Of a stretch of DNA of 46,046 bases, positions 9,237 to 17,183 are shown piece after piece. This DNA is from Candidatus Omnitrophota bacterium (GTDB taxonomy: Bacteria; Omnitrophota; Omnitrophia; Omnitrophales; Omnitrophaceae). Location of the stretch: assembly GCA_016209715.1 (NCBI GenBank), contig JACQVP010000087.1:1-46046 (forward strand). Direction: 5' to 3'. Both the position numbers and the translations under genes were made by a program. Each line of letters begins with the position of its first letter. Position 1 is the stretch's first letter. The notes beneath the pieces were generated by a model. It made no database searches, was not told the origin of the DNA, and saw only the letters and a program-made list of their open reading frames with translations.

Positions 9237-9255
9237 GAAATTGGACTGAGCGGAA

Positions 9256-12200
9256 ATGGACAAGGACCCCATGAAACCTAGGAAGACTCAAAAAAAGGAG
9301 AACGGCATGACAGCTGGAACCTCGACCACCAAACCGCAGGGACGCAAATCTTCCCGCTCCGAAACAGTCCAGGCGAATGCGGGCATCCGTATCGAACGGA
9401 AGTTTACGCATACCGATGTCAATCCCCTAGACACACTCGAGCATGAAGTGCGTTCTTCGGTCATCACCAATCCGGACGGTTCCATTGTCTTCCGCATGGA
9501 CCAGGTCGAGGTTCCGAAAACATGGTCTCAACTGGCCACGGACATTGTGGTCTCGAAGTATTTCCGCAAGGCCGGCGTTCCGGGGATCGGGCATGAGTCG
9601 AGCGTCAAGCAGGTGGTCTACCGCATCGCCCACAACATTCGTAAGGGGGGAGAATCCTTCGGCGGTTATTTTGCCTCCGAGAGCGACGCCGCGGCGTTCG
9701 AGGACGAATTGACCTATTTACTGGTCACCCAGCGGGTGGCCTTCAATTCTCCCGTGTGGTTCAATTGCGGCCTCTTCCATGAATATCAAATCTCCGGGAG
9801 CGGCGGCAATTGGTTCTGGAACCCGCAAACCAACGCCATCGAACAGACGGCCGACTCCTACTCCCACCCGCAATGCTCGGCCTGCTTCATCCAGGCGGTG
9901 GACGATGATTTGATGTCCATTTTCGATTTGGTGAAGAGCGAGGCGCGCCTGTTCAAATACGGCTCCGGAACGGGCACCAATTTCTCGAAGATTCGCGGGC
10001 GGCAGGAAAAACTTTCGGGCGGAGGCACCTCTTCCGGGCTGATGTCTTTCCTGGAAGTGCTGGACAAAGGTGCCGGTGCCACGAAGTCGGGCGGGACGAC
10101 CCGGCGCGCCGCGAAAATGGTCTGCCTTGACATGGACCATCCCGAGGTCGGCGATTTCATCAATTGGAAGGTGCGGGAAGAGAAAAAAGCCCGCGCGCTG
10201 ATCGCTGCCGGATATCCTTCGGATTTCAACGGCGAGGCGTATCGCACGGTTGCGGGGCAGAATTCCAACAATTCGGTCCGCATCAACGACGATTTCATGC
10301 AAGCTTACCTCAAGGGAGGCAAGTGGCAGACCCGTTTCCGGACGACGGGTGAAATATGCGATGTCTACGACGCCCGGGATCTGATGCGCCAGATCGCCTA
10401 TGCGGCCTGGATGTGCGCTGATCCGGGGGTGCAATTCGACTCCACCATCAATGACTGGCACACCTGTTCCGGGACGGGCCGGATCAACGCCTCCAACCCG
10501 TGCTCCGAATACATGTTCCTCGACGACACGGCCTGCAATCTCGCTTCCATCAATTTGGTGAAATTCATGCGGGAAGACGGGTCCTTTGATATCGAAGGCT
10601 ACCGTCATGCCGTCCGGATCTTCATCCTGGCGCAGGAAATCCTGGTCGATTTCTCGTCTTACCCGACCCAGAGGATCGCCCAGAACAGCCACGATTACCG
10701 GCCCCTGGGCCTTGGTTACGCCAACCTGGGCACGCTTTTCATGGTCAGCGGCATTCCTTATGACAGCGAGGAAGCTTACGCCATTTGCGGCGCGTTGACC
10801 GCGATCATGACCGGGCACGCTTACAAGGTCTCCGCGGAGATCGCGGCCTCCAAAGGGGCCTTTCCGGGGTACGCGAAGAACCGGGAGTCTTTCCTCCATG
10901 TGATGAACAAGCACCGGGCCGCCGCTTACCGCATTGACGAGCGGTTCTGTCCGGAAGAGCTTTTGCAGGCCGCGCGGCAGGATTGGGACGCCGCCATTGC
11001 TGTGGGCGAGCAATCGGGTTTCAGGAATGCGCAGGCCACGGTCATCGCGCCCACCGGCACGATCGGCCTTCTGATGGACTGCGACACCACCGGGATCGAG
11101 CCTGATTTCGCGCTGGTGAAATTCAAGAAATTGGCCGGGGGCGGTTACTTCAAGATCGTGAACCAGTCCGTGCCTCAGGCCCTCAAGAAATTGGGATACA
11201 GCCCGCGGGAAATCGAGGAGATCCTGATCTACGTCACGGGGACGGCTTCTTTGAAGAACGCGCCCTGGATCAATGAGGCGTCGCTCAAGGAAAAAGGGTT
11301 CAGCGACGCCGACCTGGAGAACGTCGAAAAGGTCCTCCCGGCGGTGTTCGACTTGCCCAGCGCCCTGAACGTCTGGAACCTGGGCGAGGAGACGTTGCGG
11401 CGGCTCGGCTTCAAGCCGTCGGAATACCAGAGCCCGCGCTTCAACCTGCTGGCGGCCCTCGGTTTTTCGGCCGACCAGGTCGAAGAGGCCAACAAGGCGG
11501 TGTGCGGAATGATGACCATCGAGGGGGCCCCTTATTTAAAGGAAGAACACTTGCCGGTGTTTGACTGCGCCAATAAGTGCGGCAAATTCGGGCAGCGGTT
11601 CATCGCTCCGATGGCCCACATCAAGATGATGGCCGCGGCGCAGCCGTTCATTTCCGGTTCTATTTCCAAGACCGTCAATCTGCCGAATGAGGTGACGGTG
11701 GAGAATATCGAAAGCATTTACGTGGAAGGATGGAAACTGGGCTTGAAATCCGTGGCCCTGTACCGCGACGGGAGCAAGATGTCGCAGCCCCTGAACGCGA
11801 GTTCGGGCGACCGGTCCGCGCAGGAAAAGGAAACCGTCAAAGCGGAGACCGTTCCGGCGGCCGCGTCCGGTGCCCCGCAGCGCAAGCGCCTCCCGAAAAA
11901 GCGGAAGGGCTGGACGCTGGAAGGAAAGGTCGGCGGGCACAAGGTCTATCTCAGGACGGGAGAATACGACGACGGCTCCCTCGGCGAGATTTTCATCGAT
12001 ATGCACAAGGAAGGCGCCGCTTTCCGGAGCATGATGAACTGTTTCGCGATCGCCGTCTCCCTGGGATTGCAGCACGGCGTTCCCTTGAAGGAGTTCGTGG
12101 ATGTCTTCACCTTCACCCGTTTCGAGCCCCAGGGCATGGTGGACCATCCCAACATCAAGCAGGCGACGTCCGTCGTTGATTTCATCTTCCGCGTTCTGGG

Positions 12201-12615
12201 GATGGAATACCTCGGCCGGACGGATTTCGTCCATAAGCCGGTAGACGCAGGAGAACATCATCCTGCCCCGGTGGCGCCGGCCCTGCCCGCACCCGAGGCG
12301 CCGTCCGCCAAAGCCCTGCCTCCGAAAGAGACCGGAACGGGGGAAGGCGCTTACTCGGCGAAAGCGGAACTCAATGAATCCGCGGAACTCGGCAACGGTA
12401 AATACGGCCTGCCGGATGTGACCGAGTCCGTTTCCTCGAGCGTGCTCAAATTCTCGGAGAATCCTCAGGAGTCGGTCCTGATGAGCGTTCTGGACGAGCA
12501 ATTGTCACAAATGATGGGCGACGCGCCCTTCTGCAACATCTGCGGGCACATCACGGTCAGGAGCGGTTCGTGCTACAAGTGCCTGAATTGCGGAAATTCG
12601 ATGGGGTGTTCCTGA
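9256..12615 (+). CDS. nrdJ: Class II (adenosylcobalamin-dependent) ribonucleotide reductase
   Basis: Long-form NrdJ with the catalytic loop [21 protein letters not shown], the GLGYANLG and [21 protein letters not shown] blocks, and a C-terminal Cys-rich zinc-ribbon tail CNICGH...[11 protein letters not shown] 9307 has GGAG 6 nt upstream and may be the true start. Confidence 0.95.
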   Translation: MDKDPMKPRKTQKKENGMTAGTSTTKPQGRKSSRSETVQANAGIRIERKFTHTDVNPLDTLEHEVRSSVITNPDGSIVFRMDQVEVPKTWSQLATDIVVSKYFRKAGVPGIGHESSVKQVVYRIAHNIRKGGESFGGYFASESDAAAFEDELTYLLVTQRVAFNSPVWFNCGLFHEYQISGSGGNWFWNPQTNAIEQTADSYSHPQCSACFIQAVDDDLMSIFDLVKSEARLFKYGSGTGTNFSKIRGRQEKLSGGGTSSGLMSFLEVLDKGAGATKSGGTTRRAAKMVCLDMDHPEVGDFINWKVREEKKARALIAAGYPSDFNGEAYRTVAGQNSNNSVRINDDFMQAYLKGGKWQTRFRTTGEICDVYDARDLMRQIAYAAWMCADPGVQFDSTINDWHTCSGTGRINASNPCSEYMFLDDTACNLASINLVKFMREDGSFDIEGYRHAVRIFILAQEILVDFSSYPTQRIAQNSHDYRPLGLGYANLGTLFMVSGIPYDSEEAYAICGALTAIMTGHAYKVSAEIAASKGAFPGYAKNRESFLHVMNKHRAAAYRIDERFCPEELLQAARQDWDAAIAVGEQSGFRNAQATVIAPTGTIGLLMDCDTTGIEPDFALVKFKKLAGGGYFKIVNQSVPQALKKLGYSPREIEEILIYVTGTASLKNAPWINEASLKEKGFSDADLENVEKVLPAVFDLPSALNVWNLGEETLRRLGFKPSEYQSPRFNLLAALGFSADQVEEANKAVCGMMTIEGAPYLKEEHLPVFDCANKCGKFGQRFIAPMAHIKMMAAAQPFISGSISKTVNLPNEVTVENIESIYVEGWKLGLKSVALYRDGSKMSQPLNASSGDRSAQEKETVKAETVPAAASGAPQRKRLPKKRKGWTLEGKVGGHKVYLRTGEYDDGSLGEIFIDMHKEGAAFRSMMNCFAIAVSLGLQHGVPLKEFVDVFTFTRFEPQGMVDHPNIKQATSVVDFIFRVLGMEYLGRTDFVHKPVDAGEHHPAPVAPALPAPEAPSAKALPPKETGTGEGAYSAKAELNESAELGNGKYGLPDVTESVSSSVLKFSENPQESVLMSVLDEQLSQMMGDAPFCNICGHITVRSGSCYKCLNCGNSMGCS

Positions 12616-13705
12616 TCGCCGCCTGATCCAAATATCCCTTGAGGTGGACGGAATCGTCCAGCGCCACCTCAAGGGAGTCTTCCCACAGCTCGCGGCTTTC
12701 CATGCACAGATAAACCGGCACTTCCGCCGAATATTCCCGGATCAATCCGCACACGTATTCGTACATTTTCCGGCGGATGGGTTTGAAATACCTTTTCTTT
12801 CCGTCCAAGCCGGGGATGAATTCCCCCGCAAAAATTCCCGTGCGGCCGAAGCGATTTTCGGCGGTTTTTTTCAGGGAAGGCATGAAACGGAGCGCCCCCA
12901 GACTGATCCACGCGATCCGTGACGGATTGAGGTTCCTGAAAATAAGGTCCACCGTCTTCCGGTATCCGTTTTTCCATCCTTCCGCGTGGATCAGCGGATC
13001 CAGATGAAATCCCGTCCGGTAACCCCAGCGCTCGCATTTTCGCGCCGCGGCGACGCGCTCCTCCAGGGTTGCGGTCTTGAATTCCTCCCGCCGCTGGATT
13101 TCTTCGGTGTTCATGGACCAGGACACGATCACGCGGCCCCGCGGATCGGCCTTTCCCAAATTTTGGACATTGTCCGACTTGGTCTTGAATTCCAGCACGG
13201 CGTTTTCGCGTCCGGCAAAAAAGCGCACGAGCGGCACGCTCCATTCCGTCAAATGGTCAAGCGACAGGGAATCGATGAGTTCGCCGGTGCCGACCCGGAA
13301 AAATTGACCGGGGGCGGCGTCCAGCCGGCCGGCCAGTTCCGCGAGGATGTCATCGAAGTTGGTGAAGACGGTGATCAGCGGGTTCGTGAGGTAACTCTGC
13401 AGAATGCAATAGGTGCATTCCAGGTCGCATCCCGTGCCGAGATGCAGGATTTGAAAATGGCAGGACAGATACTCGGGGATCAGCGGGAAGGGTTTGAGAA
13501 AATCCCCCTTTTTCCGGCGGAGCAGCAGCTTTTTCTTGCCGGACGTGAACGGGTCGCTTTCGCTGCGCGTTTCGGAAATCACGCCGGCCGCGTCTTCGAC
13601 GATTTCACGGGGAATGCCGGGAAGGCGCGAGAGGATTTCGCCGGTGAGACGGTCTTCCAGCGCCGACTTTTCGATATAGACCCGCTCAGGCCGGAAATAT
13701 CGCAT
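12557..13705 (-). CDS. Spore-photoproduct-lyase-family radical SAM protein
   Basis: Radical SAM CxxxCxxC (GCDLECTYC). The N-terminal [14 protein letters not shown] block and the EGWKNGYRK block are colinear with B. subtilis SplB as I recall it. 382 aa. The 3' end overlaps the nrdJ 3' end by 59 nt. Confidence 0.7.
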   Translation of the reverse strand: MRYFRPERVYIEKSALEDRLTGEILSRLPGIPREIVEDAAGVISETRSESDPFTSGKKKLLLRRKKGDFLKPFPLIPEYLSCHFQILHLGTGCDLECTYCILQSYLTNPLITVFTNFDDILAELAGRLDAAPGQFFRVGTGELIDSLSLDHLTEWSVPLVRFFAGRENAVLEFKTKSDNVQNLGKADPRGRVIVSWSMNTEEIQRREEFKTATLEERVAAARKCERWGYRTGFHLDPLIHAEGWKNGYRKTVDLIFRNLNPSRIAWISLGALRFMPSLKKTAENRFGRTGIFAGEFIPGLDGKKRYFKPIRRKMYEYVCGLIREYSAEVPVYLCMESRELWEDSLEVALDDSVHLKGYLDQAAIRNTPSNFRNSGTCSTNRS

Positions 13706-14504
13706 ATTCGCGCGCTTCGCCGGGGCGGTCTCTTTTCAGACAGCCGCGGGCATAGATCCGGCACTTGACCTCGAGTTCGTTCGACGCGGCCTCCTTCTGG
13801 GCCGGCGTGAGCGCGCCCGAGTCGATGATTTTCCGGAGGGCCCGGATGCGGAAACGGTCCATCCCCCAATGACGGCGGGAAAGCTGGTCGGCATGACCGC
13901 CGTGCTTCACGACGAGTTTTTCGTCCACGAGCCCGACCGGATGGCGGGCGGTGACCCGCAGCCAATACTCGTAATCCTCGCAAACTTCGAATGATTCGTC
14001 GAAAAGGCCGGTCTCGTCGATCAACTTCTTTGAAAGCAGGGCGCAGGAGGGACTGATGAGACAGAGCTTCAGGCAGGATTCGAAAATAGGCCCCCCCTTT
14101 TTCTCGTGCTTCTTCATGGCGTTGACCCGTTTGCCGTTCCGGATCCAGATCTCGTCGGTCTGCGAAATTCGATGGGGGTGGTTTTCGTGAAACTTCATTT
14201 GACGTTCGAGCTTTCCGGGGAGCCAGCGGTCGTCCGAATCGAGAAACGCGATCCATTCGCCGCGCGCCCGTCGAATGCCGGCGTTCCGCGCCGCGGCCAC
14301 ACCCGCGTTGGCCTGATACACATATTGAATCCGCGGGTCCGCGGCGGGAAACAGCCCGCCCGTGCCGTCCGTCGACCCGTCGTCAATCACCCACAGCTCC
14401 CAATGGGGAAAAGTCTGGAGACGTACTGATTCGACTGCTTTCTCGAGAAAGGAGCGGCGGTTCCAAGTGGGTAGAATCACGCTGACGAGCGGGGCGGCTG
14501 GCAT
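13686..14504 (-). CDS. Family 2 glycosyltransferase (GT-A fold)
   Basis: VSVILPTWNRRSFLEKAVESVRLQTF, VIDDGSTDGT and FLDSDD motifs. Overlaps the downstream SPL-family gene by 20 nt. Confidence 0.85.
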   Translation of the reverse strand: MPAAPLVSVILPTWNRRSFLEKAVESVRLQTFPHWELWVIDDGSTDGTGGLFPAADPRIQYVYQANAGVAAARNAGIRRARGEWIAFLDSDDRWLPGKLERQMKFHENHPHRISQTDEIWIRNGKRVNAMKKHEKKGGPIFESCLKLCLISPSCALLSKKLIDETGLFDESFEVCEDYEYWLRVTARHPVGLVDEKLVVKHGGHADQLSRRHWGMDRFRIRALRKIIDSGALTPAQKEAASNELEVKCRIYARGCLKRDRPGEAREYAIFPA

Positions 14505-14510
14505 GGTTTA

Positions 14511-14539
14511 TTTATAGCACAGCAGGGGGCGCGTCTCAA
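14511..14539 (-). promoter_or_regulatory. Sigma70-like promoter TTGAGA-N17-TGcTATAAA placed for a leaderless GT2 transcript
   Basis: Minus-strand reading: TTGAGA at 14539-14534 and TATAAA at 14516-14511, preceded by TGc. Only TAAACC (6 nt) separates the hexamer from ATG 14504, and there is no SD. Confidence 0.5.
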
Positions 14540-14549
14540 GGCCGCCCAT

Positions 14550-14578
14550 TTGTATTATCTCCAGCCGACTGCTACACT
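14550..14578 (+). promoter_or_regulatory. Candidate promoter TTGTAT-N17-TACACT for the response-regulator genes
   Basis: TTGTAT at 14550-14555 and TACACT at 14573-14578, with a 17-nt spacer. Confidence 0.35.
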
Positions 14579-14607
14579 TAATTGCATTGTCGGATTTCAA
14601 TGTCCCC

Positions 14608-15213
14608 ATGAGAAAAAACTATACGACATTTGAAATCGGAAGGATTTGCCAGGTCTACCCGACCACGGTCATCAACTGGATCAAGGAGGGGAAACTGGCC
14701 AGTTTTACCACGCCCGGCGGACACCGGCGGGTGCGGCCGGAGGACCTTGCCGATTTCCTGCGCCGTTACAACTTCCCAATGCCGGAGGAATTGATGCGAA
14801 ACGGCCGGCCTAAAATCTTGATCGTCGACGACGACCCCGAAATGGTCCGGCTCGTTTCGATGACGCTCGAAAGCGAGGCCCGCGCGCACGGGTGGGACGT
14901 CCAATCCGTTTCCACGGGTTTCGGCGCGGGGGTGAAAATTTTCGAATGGCAGCCGGACCTCATCCTGCTCGACTTTCTCATGCCGGACCTGGACGGCGAC
15001 GAAGTCTGCCGGGCCCTCCGCGAGAACCAAAAGTCACGCCTCACGCCGATCATCGCGCTCACGTGCCTGACCTCGGAAAAAGACCGGGCCAGGATCTTCG
15101 AGTCCGGAGCGACGGATTACATCGCCAAACCTTTCGAGCGGGCAAAGCTGATCGAAAAGGTCAAAAAACACCTGACTCCCAACCGGAGAGGATTGGTCCG
15201 CGAATCCTTGTAG
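14608..15213 (+). CDS. Response regulator with N-terminal excisionase/MerR-type HTH and C-terminal receiver
   Basis: HTH: YTTFEIGRICQVYPTTVINWIKEGKLASFTTPGGHRRV. Receiver motifs: ILIVDDD, LILLDFLMPDLDG, IIALT and IAKPF. ATG 14608 is preferred over the TTG 14587 of the ORF track. Confidence 0.8.
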   Translation: MRKNYTTFEIGRICQVYPTTVINWIKEGKLASFTTPGGHRRVRPEDLADFLRRYNFPMPEELMRNGRPKILIVDDDPEMVRLVSMTLESEARAHGWDVQSVSTGFGAGVKIFEWQPDLILLDFLMPDLDGDEVCRALRENQKSRLTPIIALTCLTSEKDRARIFESGATDYIAKPFERAKLIEKVKKHLTPNRRGLVRESL

Positions 15214-15216
15214 GAC

Positions 15217-15594
15217 ATGAACACCAAAAAAGTCCTCATCATCGATGACGATGTCGATATGGCCAACATGATCGGGGAGGTTCTGAGCAACCATCACTTC
15301 GACATCCTCATGGCCCATGACGGCATTCGAGCCATCGAAAAGTGCAGCCATCAGAAGGTGGACCTCATCCTCTTGGATATCCGGATGCCATTTTTCTCCG
15401 GCTTCTGGTTCTGTGACGCGTTCAAGCAGAACCCCGAAACGAAGGACGTCCCGGTCGTCATCATCTCCGCCCTTTCCAACCCCGAAGACATCGAAAAGGC
15501 CTACCGTCTGGGGGCCTCGGCCTACCTCACCAAACCCTTCCAGGTCCAGGAACTTCTCACGGTCGTGAACCGCGTCACGGCCGGCGCGGATTGA
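15217..15594 (+). CDS. Stand-alone (CheY-like) receiver protein
   Basis: 125 aa with the motifs LIIDDD, LILLDIRMP, VIISA and LTKPF. No output domain. Confidence 0.85.
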   Translation: MNTKKVLIIDDDVDMANMIGEVLSNHHFDILMAHDGIRAIEKCSHQKVDLILLDIRMPFFSGFWFCDAFKQNPETKDVPVVIISALSNPEDIEKAYRLGASAYLTKPFQVQELLTVVNRVTAGAD

Positions 15595-15633
15595 CCCGGT
15601 CAAGAATTCCGTTTCTTTGCCGTACTTGAAGTC

Positions 15634-16020
15634 ATGAATCGAAGGTTTGCGGCAGTGATTTTCCTGGTTTGGCTCGCCCTCGGCGCGGGGGGATGCGCGC
15701 TGTTTCTCGTCGGCGCCGGAGCCGCGGGCGGATATGCCATCAGCAAGGATGAAATCGAAGGCTACACCGACCAAGATTATGACCGGGCTTGGGAGTCCGC
15801 GCGCCGGGTGATCGCCAACGACGGGGCCATTCTCAGCGAGAACAAGACTCTGGGGGAAATTGAGGCCACCGTCCGCGATTCCGACGTGAAGGCCAAGATC
15901 GAGAAGATCTCTTCCGTGTCCGTGAGGATGAGGATCCAGGCGCGAAAGGGTTATAACCTCCTGCCGGATCTCGAGACCGCGCAGGATTTGTACACCAAGA
16001 TCATCAAAGATTTGAAATAA
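15634..16020 (+). CDS. Small lipoprotein, DUF3568-like
   Basis: Lipobox LALGAGGC followed by a ~105-aa domain whose layout matches my recollection of DUF3568 lipoproteins. Confidence 0.55.
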   Translation: MNRRFAAVIFLVWLALGAGGCALFLVGAGAAGGYAISKDEIEGYTDQDYDRAWESARRVIANDGAILSENKTLGEIEATVRDSDVKAKIEKISSVSVRMRIQARKGYNLLPDLETAQDLYTKIIKDLK

Positions 16021-17143
16021 ACTCTAGCACCGAATGGGCCGCCCGGCCGGAGGCGCCCGGTTCGCCCAGCGAATTCCGCACTTCCCGCAGAGAATCCAGC
16101 ATTTGTCTCCTGGCTCCCGCGTCTCTCAGTAGCCGCTCCGCCTCCGCCGCGATCCGGGCCGGTTCCGCCTCGTGCTGAATGAATTCCGGCACGATCTTCT
16201 TTCCGGCCAGGACGTTGGCCAGGCCGATGTACGGAATGCGGATCAGCCGCCGGCCCAGGAAGTAGGTGGAAAAAGCCGTTTTATACACGATCAAAAAAGG
16301 AACGAGGGAGATGGCCGTCTCCAAGGTGGCGGTCCCGGAGGCCACCAAGGCAAAGTCCGAGACGGACAAGACGTCGTACATCCGGTTTCGCAGCCGCAGG
16401 GGCCTTATCCGGCTGGACGCCAGATGGGCGTCGTACAAGGATGCCGGAAGGTGGCCCGTTTCGCCGAGGATGAAGCGCGCATTCGGGAATTTTTGCTCGA
16501 GTATTTCGGCCGACTTCAAGAGTACGGGAAGGATCCTCCGGACTTCGCTTTCACGCGAGCCCGGCAGGAGGCTGATCACCGGGCTTCCATCGAGCTTCCA
16601 TTCTTTTTTAAGTTCCTCTGCGGGCCGCGAGGGCTTGACGAGGTCGATCAACGGATGCCCCACGAATCTGCAATCGAGCCCGCTTTGGCGGTAAACGCCG
16701 ACTTCGAAGGGAAGGATGGCGAGCATTCGCTGAACCACGCGGGCGATGGTCTTGATCCGGCGCGCCCCCCACGCCCACACTTGTGGCGAGATGTAATAAA
16801 GCACCGGGATCCTCCGGTTGATTTTCTTGGCGAAACGGAGGTTGAAGCCGGGATAATCGATCAGGATCACGGCGTCGGGTTTGATCTCGTGAAGGACCCG
16901 GTCCAGCGTTTGGAAAAAGATCTTCCGGAAAACAAAATACTGACGCAGGACGTCCCCCAGCCCGATGGCCGCGATCGACGGAAGGTCGAAAAAAATGTTC
17001 ACGCCCTCGCCCTGCATCGCCTTTCCGCCGAGCCCGTAAAAAACCAGCGAAGGATCGAGCCTTTTCAATTCCCGCACCAGGTGGGCGCCGTGCGTGTCGC
17101 CGGACGCTTCGCCGGCTATCAAGAAAATTTTTCGTTGGGACAT
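16004..17143 (-). CDS. lpxB: Lipid-A-disaccharide synthase
   Basis: The conserved N-terminus MSQRKIFLIAGEASGDTHGAHLVRELKRL starts at ATG 17143. GT-B fold throughout. The ORF track runs on to 17281, but that 46-codon extension covers the divergent promoter region and the neighbouring gene start. Confidence 0.9.
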   Translation of the reverse strand: MSQRKIFLIAGEASGDTHGAHLVRELKRLDPSLVFYGLGGKAMQGEGVNIFFDLPSIAAIGLGDVLRQYFVFRKIFFQTLDRVLHEIKPDAVILIDYPGFNLRFAKKINRRIPVLYYISPQVWAWGARRIKTIARVVQRMLAILPFEVGVYRQSGLDCRFVGHPLIDLVKPSRPAEELKKEWKLDGSPVISLLPGSRESEVRRILPVLLKSAEILEQKFPNARFILGETGHLPASLYDAHLASSRIRPLRLRNRMYDVLSVSDFALVASGTATLETAISLVPFLIVYKTAFSTYFLGRRLIRIPYIGLANVLAGKKIVPEFIQHEAEPARIAAEAERLLRDAGARRQMLDSLREVRNSLGEPGASGRAAHSVLEFISNL

Positions 17144-17162
17144 GATGAGCCGATAGTATAAT
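17135..17162 (+). promoter_or_regulatory. Promoter TTGGGA-N16-TATAAT for the Nramp-like gene
   Basis: TTGGGA at 17135-17140 (just inside the first lpxB codons) and TATAAT at 17157-17162. Its -10 shares base pairs with the lpxB -10 on the opposite strand. Confidence 0.45.
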
Positions 17163-17183
17163 ATGCGGCCTTTCCGCTGACAA
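17155..17183 (-). promoter_or_regulatory. lpxB promoter TTGTCA-N17-TATACT
   Basis: Minus-strand reading: TTGTCA at 17183-17178 and TATACT at 17160-17155. The hexamer lies 11 nt from ATG 17143, which predicts a ~5-nt leader. The -35 overlaps the first base (17183) of the divergent gene's ATG. Confidence 0.5.

Noticed and set aside
8901-9255. Possible chromosomal replication origin (AT-rich spacer close to mnmE, with A9T7 tract)
   Set aside because: Genes on both sides point the same way (+), so there is no strand switch. I found no convincing cluster of TTATCCACA-type DnaA boxes (best matches 6-7/9), and no dnaA, dnaN or parAB nearby. Promoter and operator elements for nrdJ explain the region better.
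8972-9255. Cobalamin riboswitch in the nrdJ leader (GGTCACTG resembles the GCCACTG B12-box core)
   Set aside because: There is only a single short, imperfect match and none of the other conserved cobalamin-riboswitch stems. B12-mediated repression of a B12-dependent enzyme would also be illogical. A cmscan would settle it.
9160-9411. 83-aa minus-strand ORF spanning the nrdJ promoter and start
   Set aside because: It overlaps the nrdJ start and promoter elements. It has no RBS and an Arg/Phe/Leu-rich composition, so it is most likely spurious.
9256-12615. Intein in the 1119-aa NrdJ
   Set aside because: The sequence is colinear with long-form NrdJ. I saw no intein splice-junction pattern (a Cys/Ser after a conserved extein break, or a terminal His-Asn followed by Cys/Ser/Thr). 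The extra length is explained by the C-terminal linker and tail.
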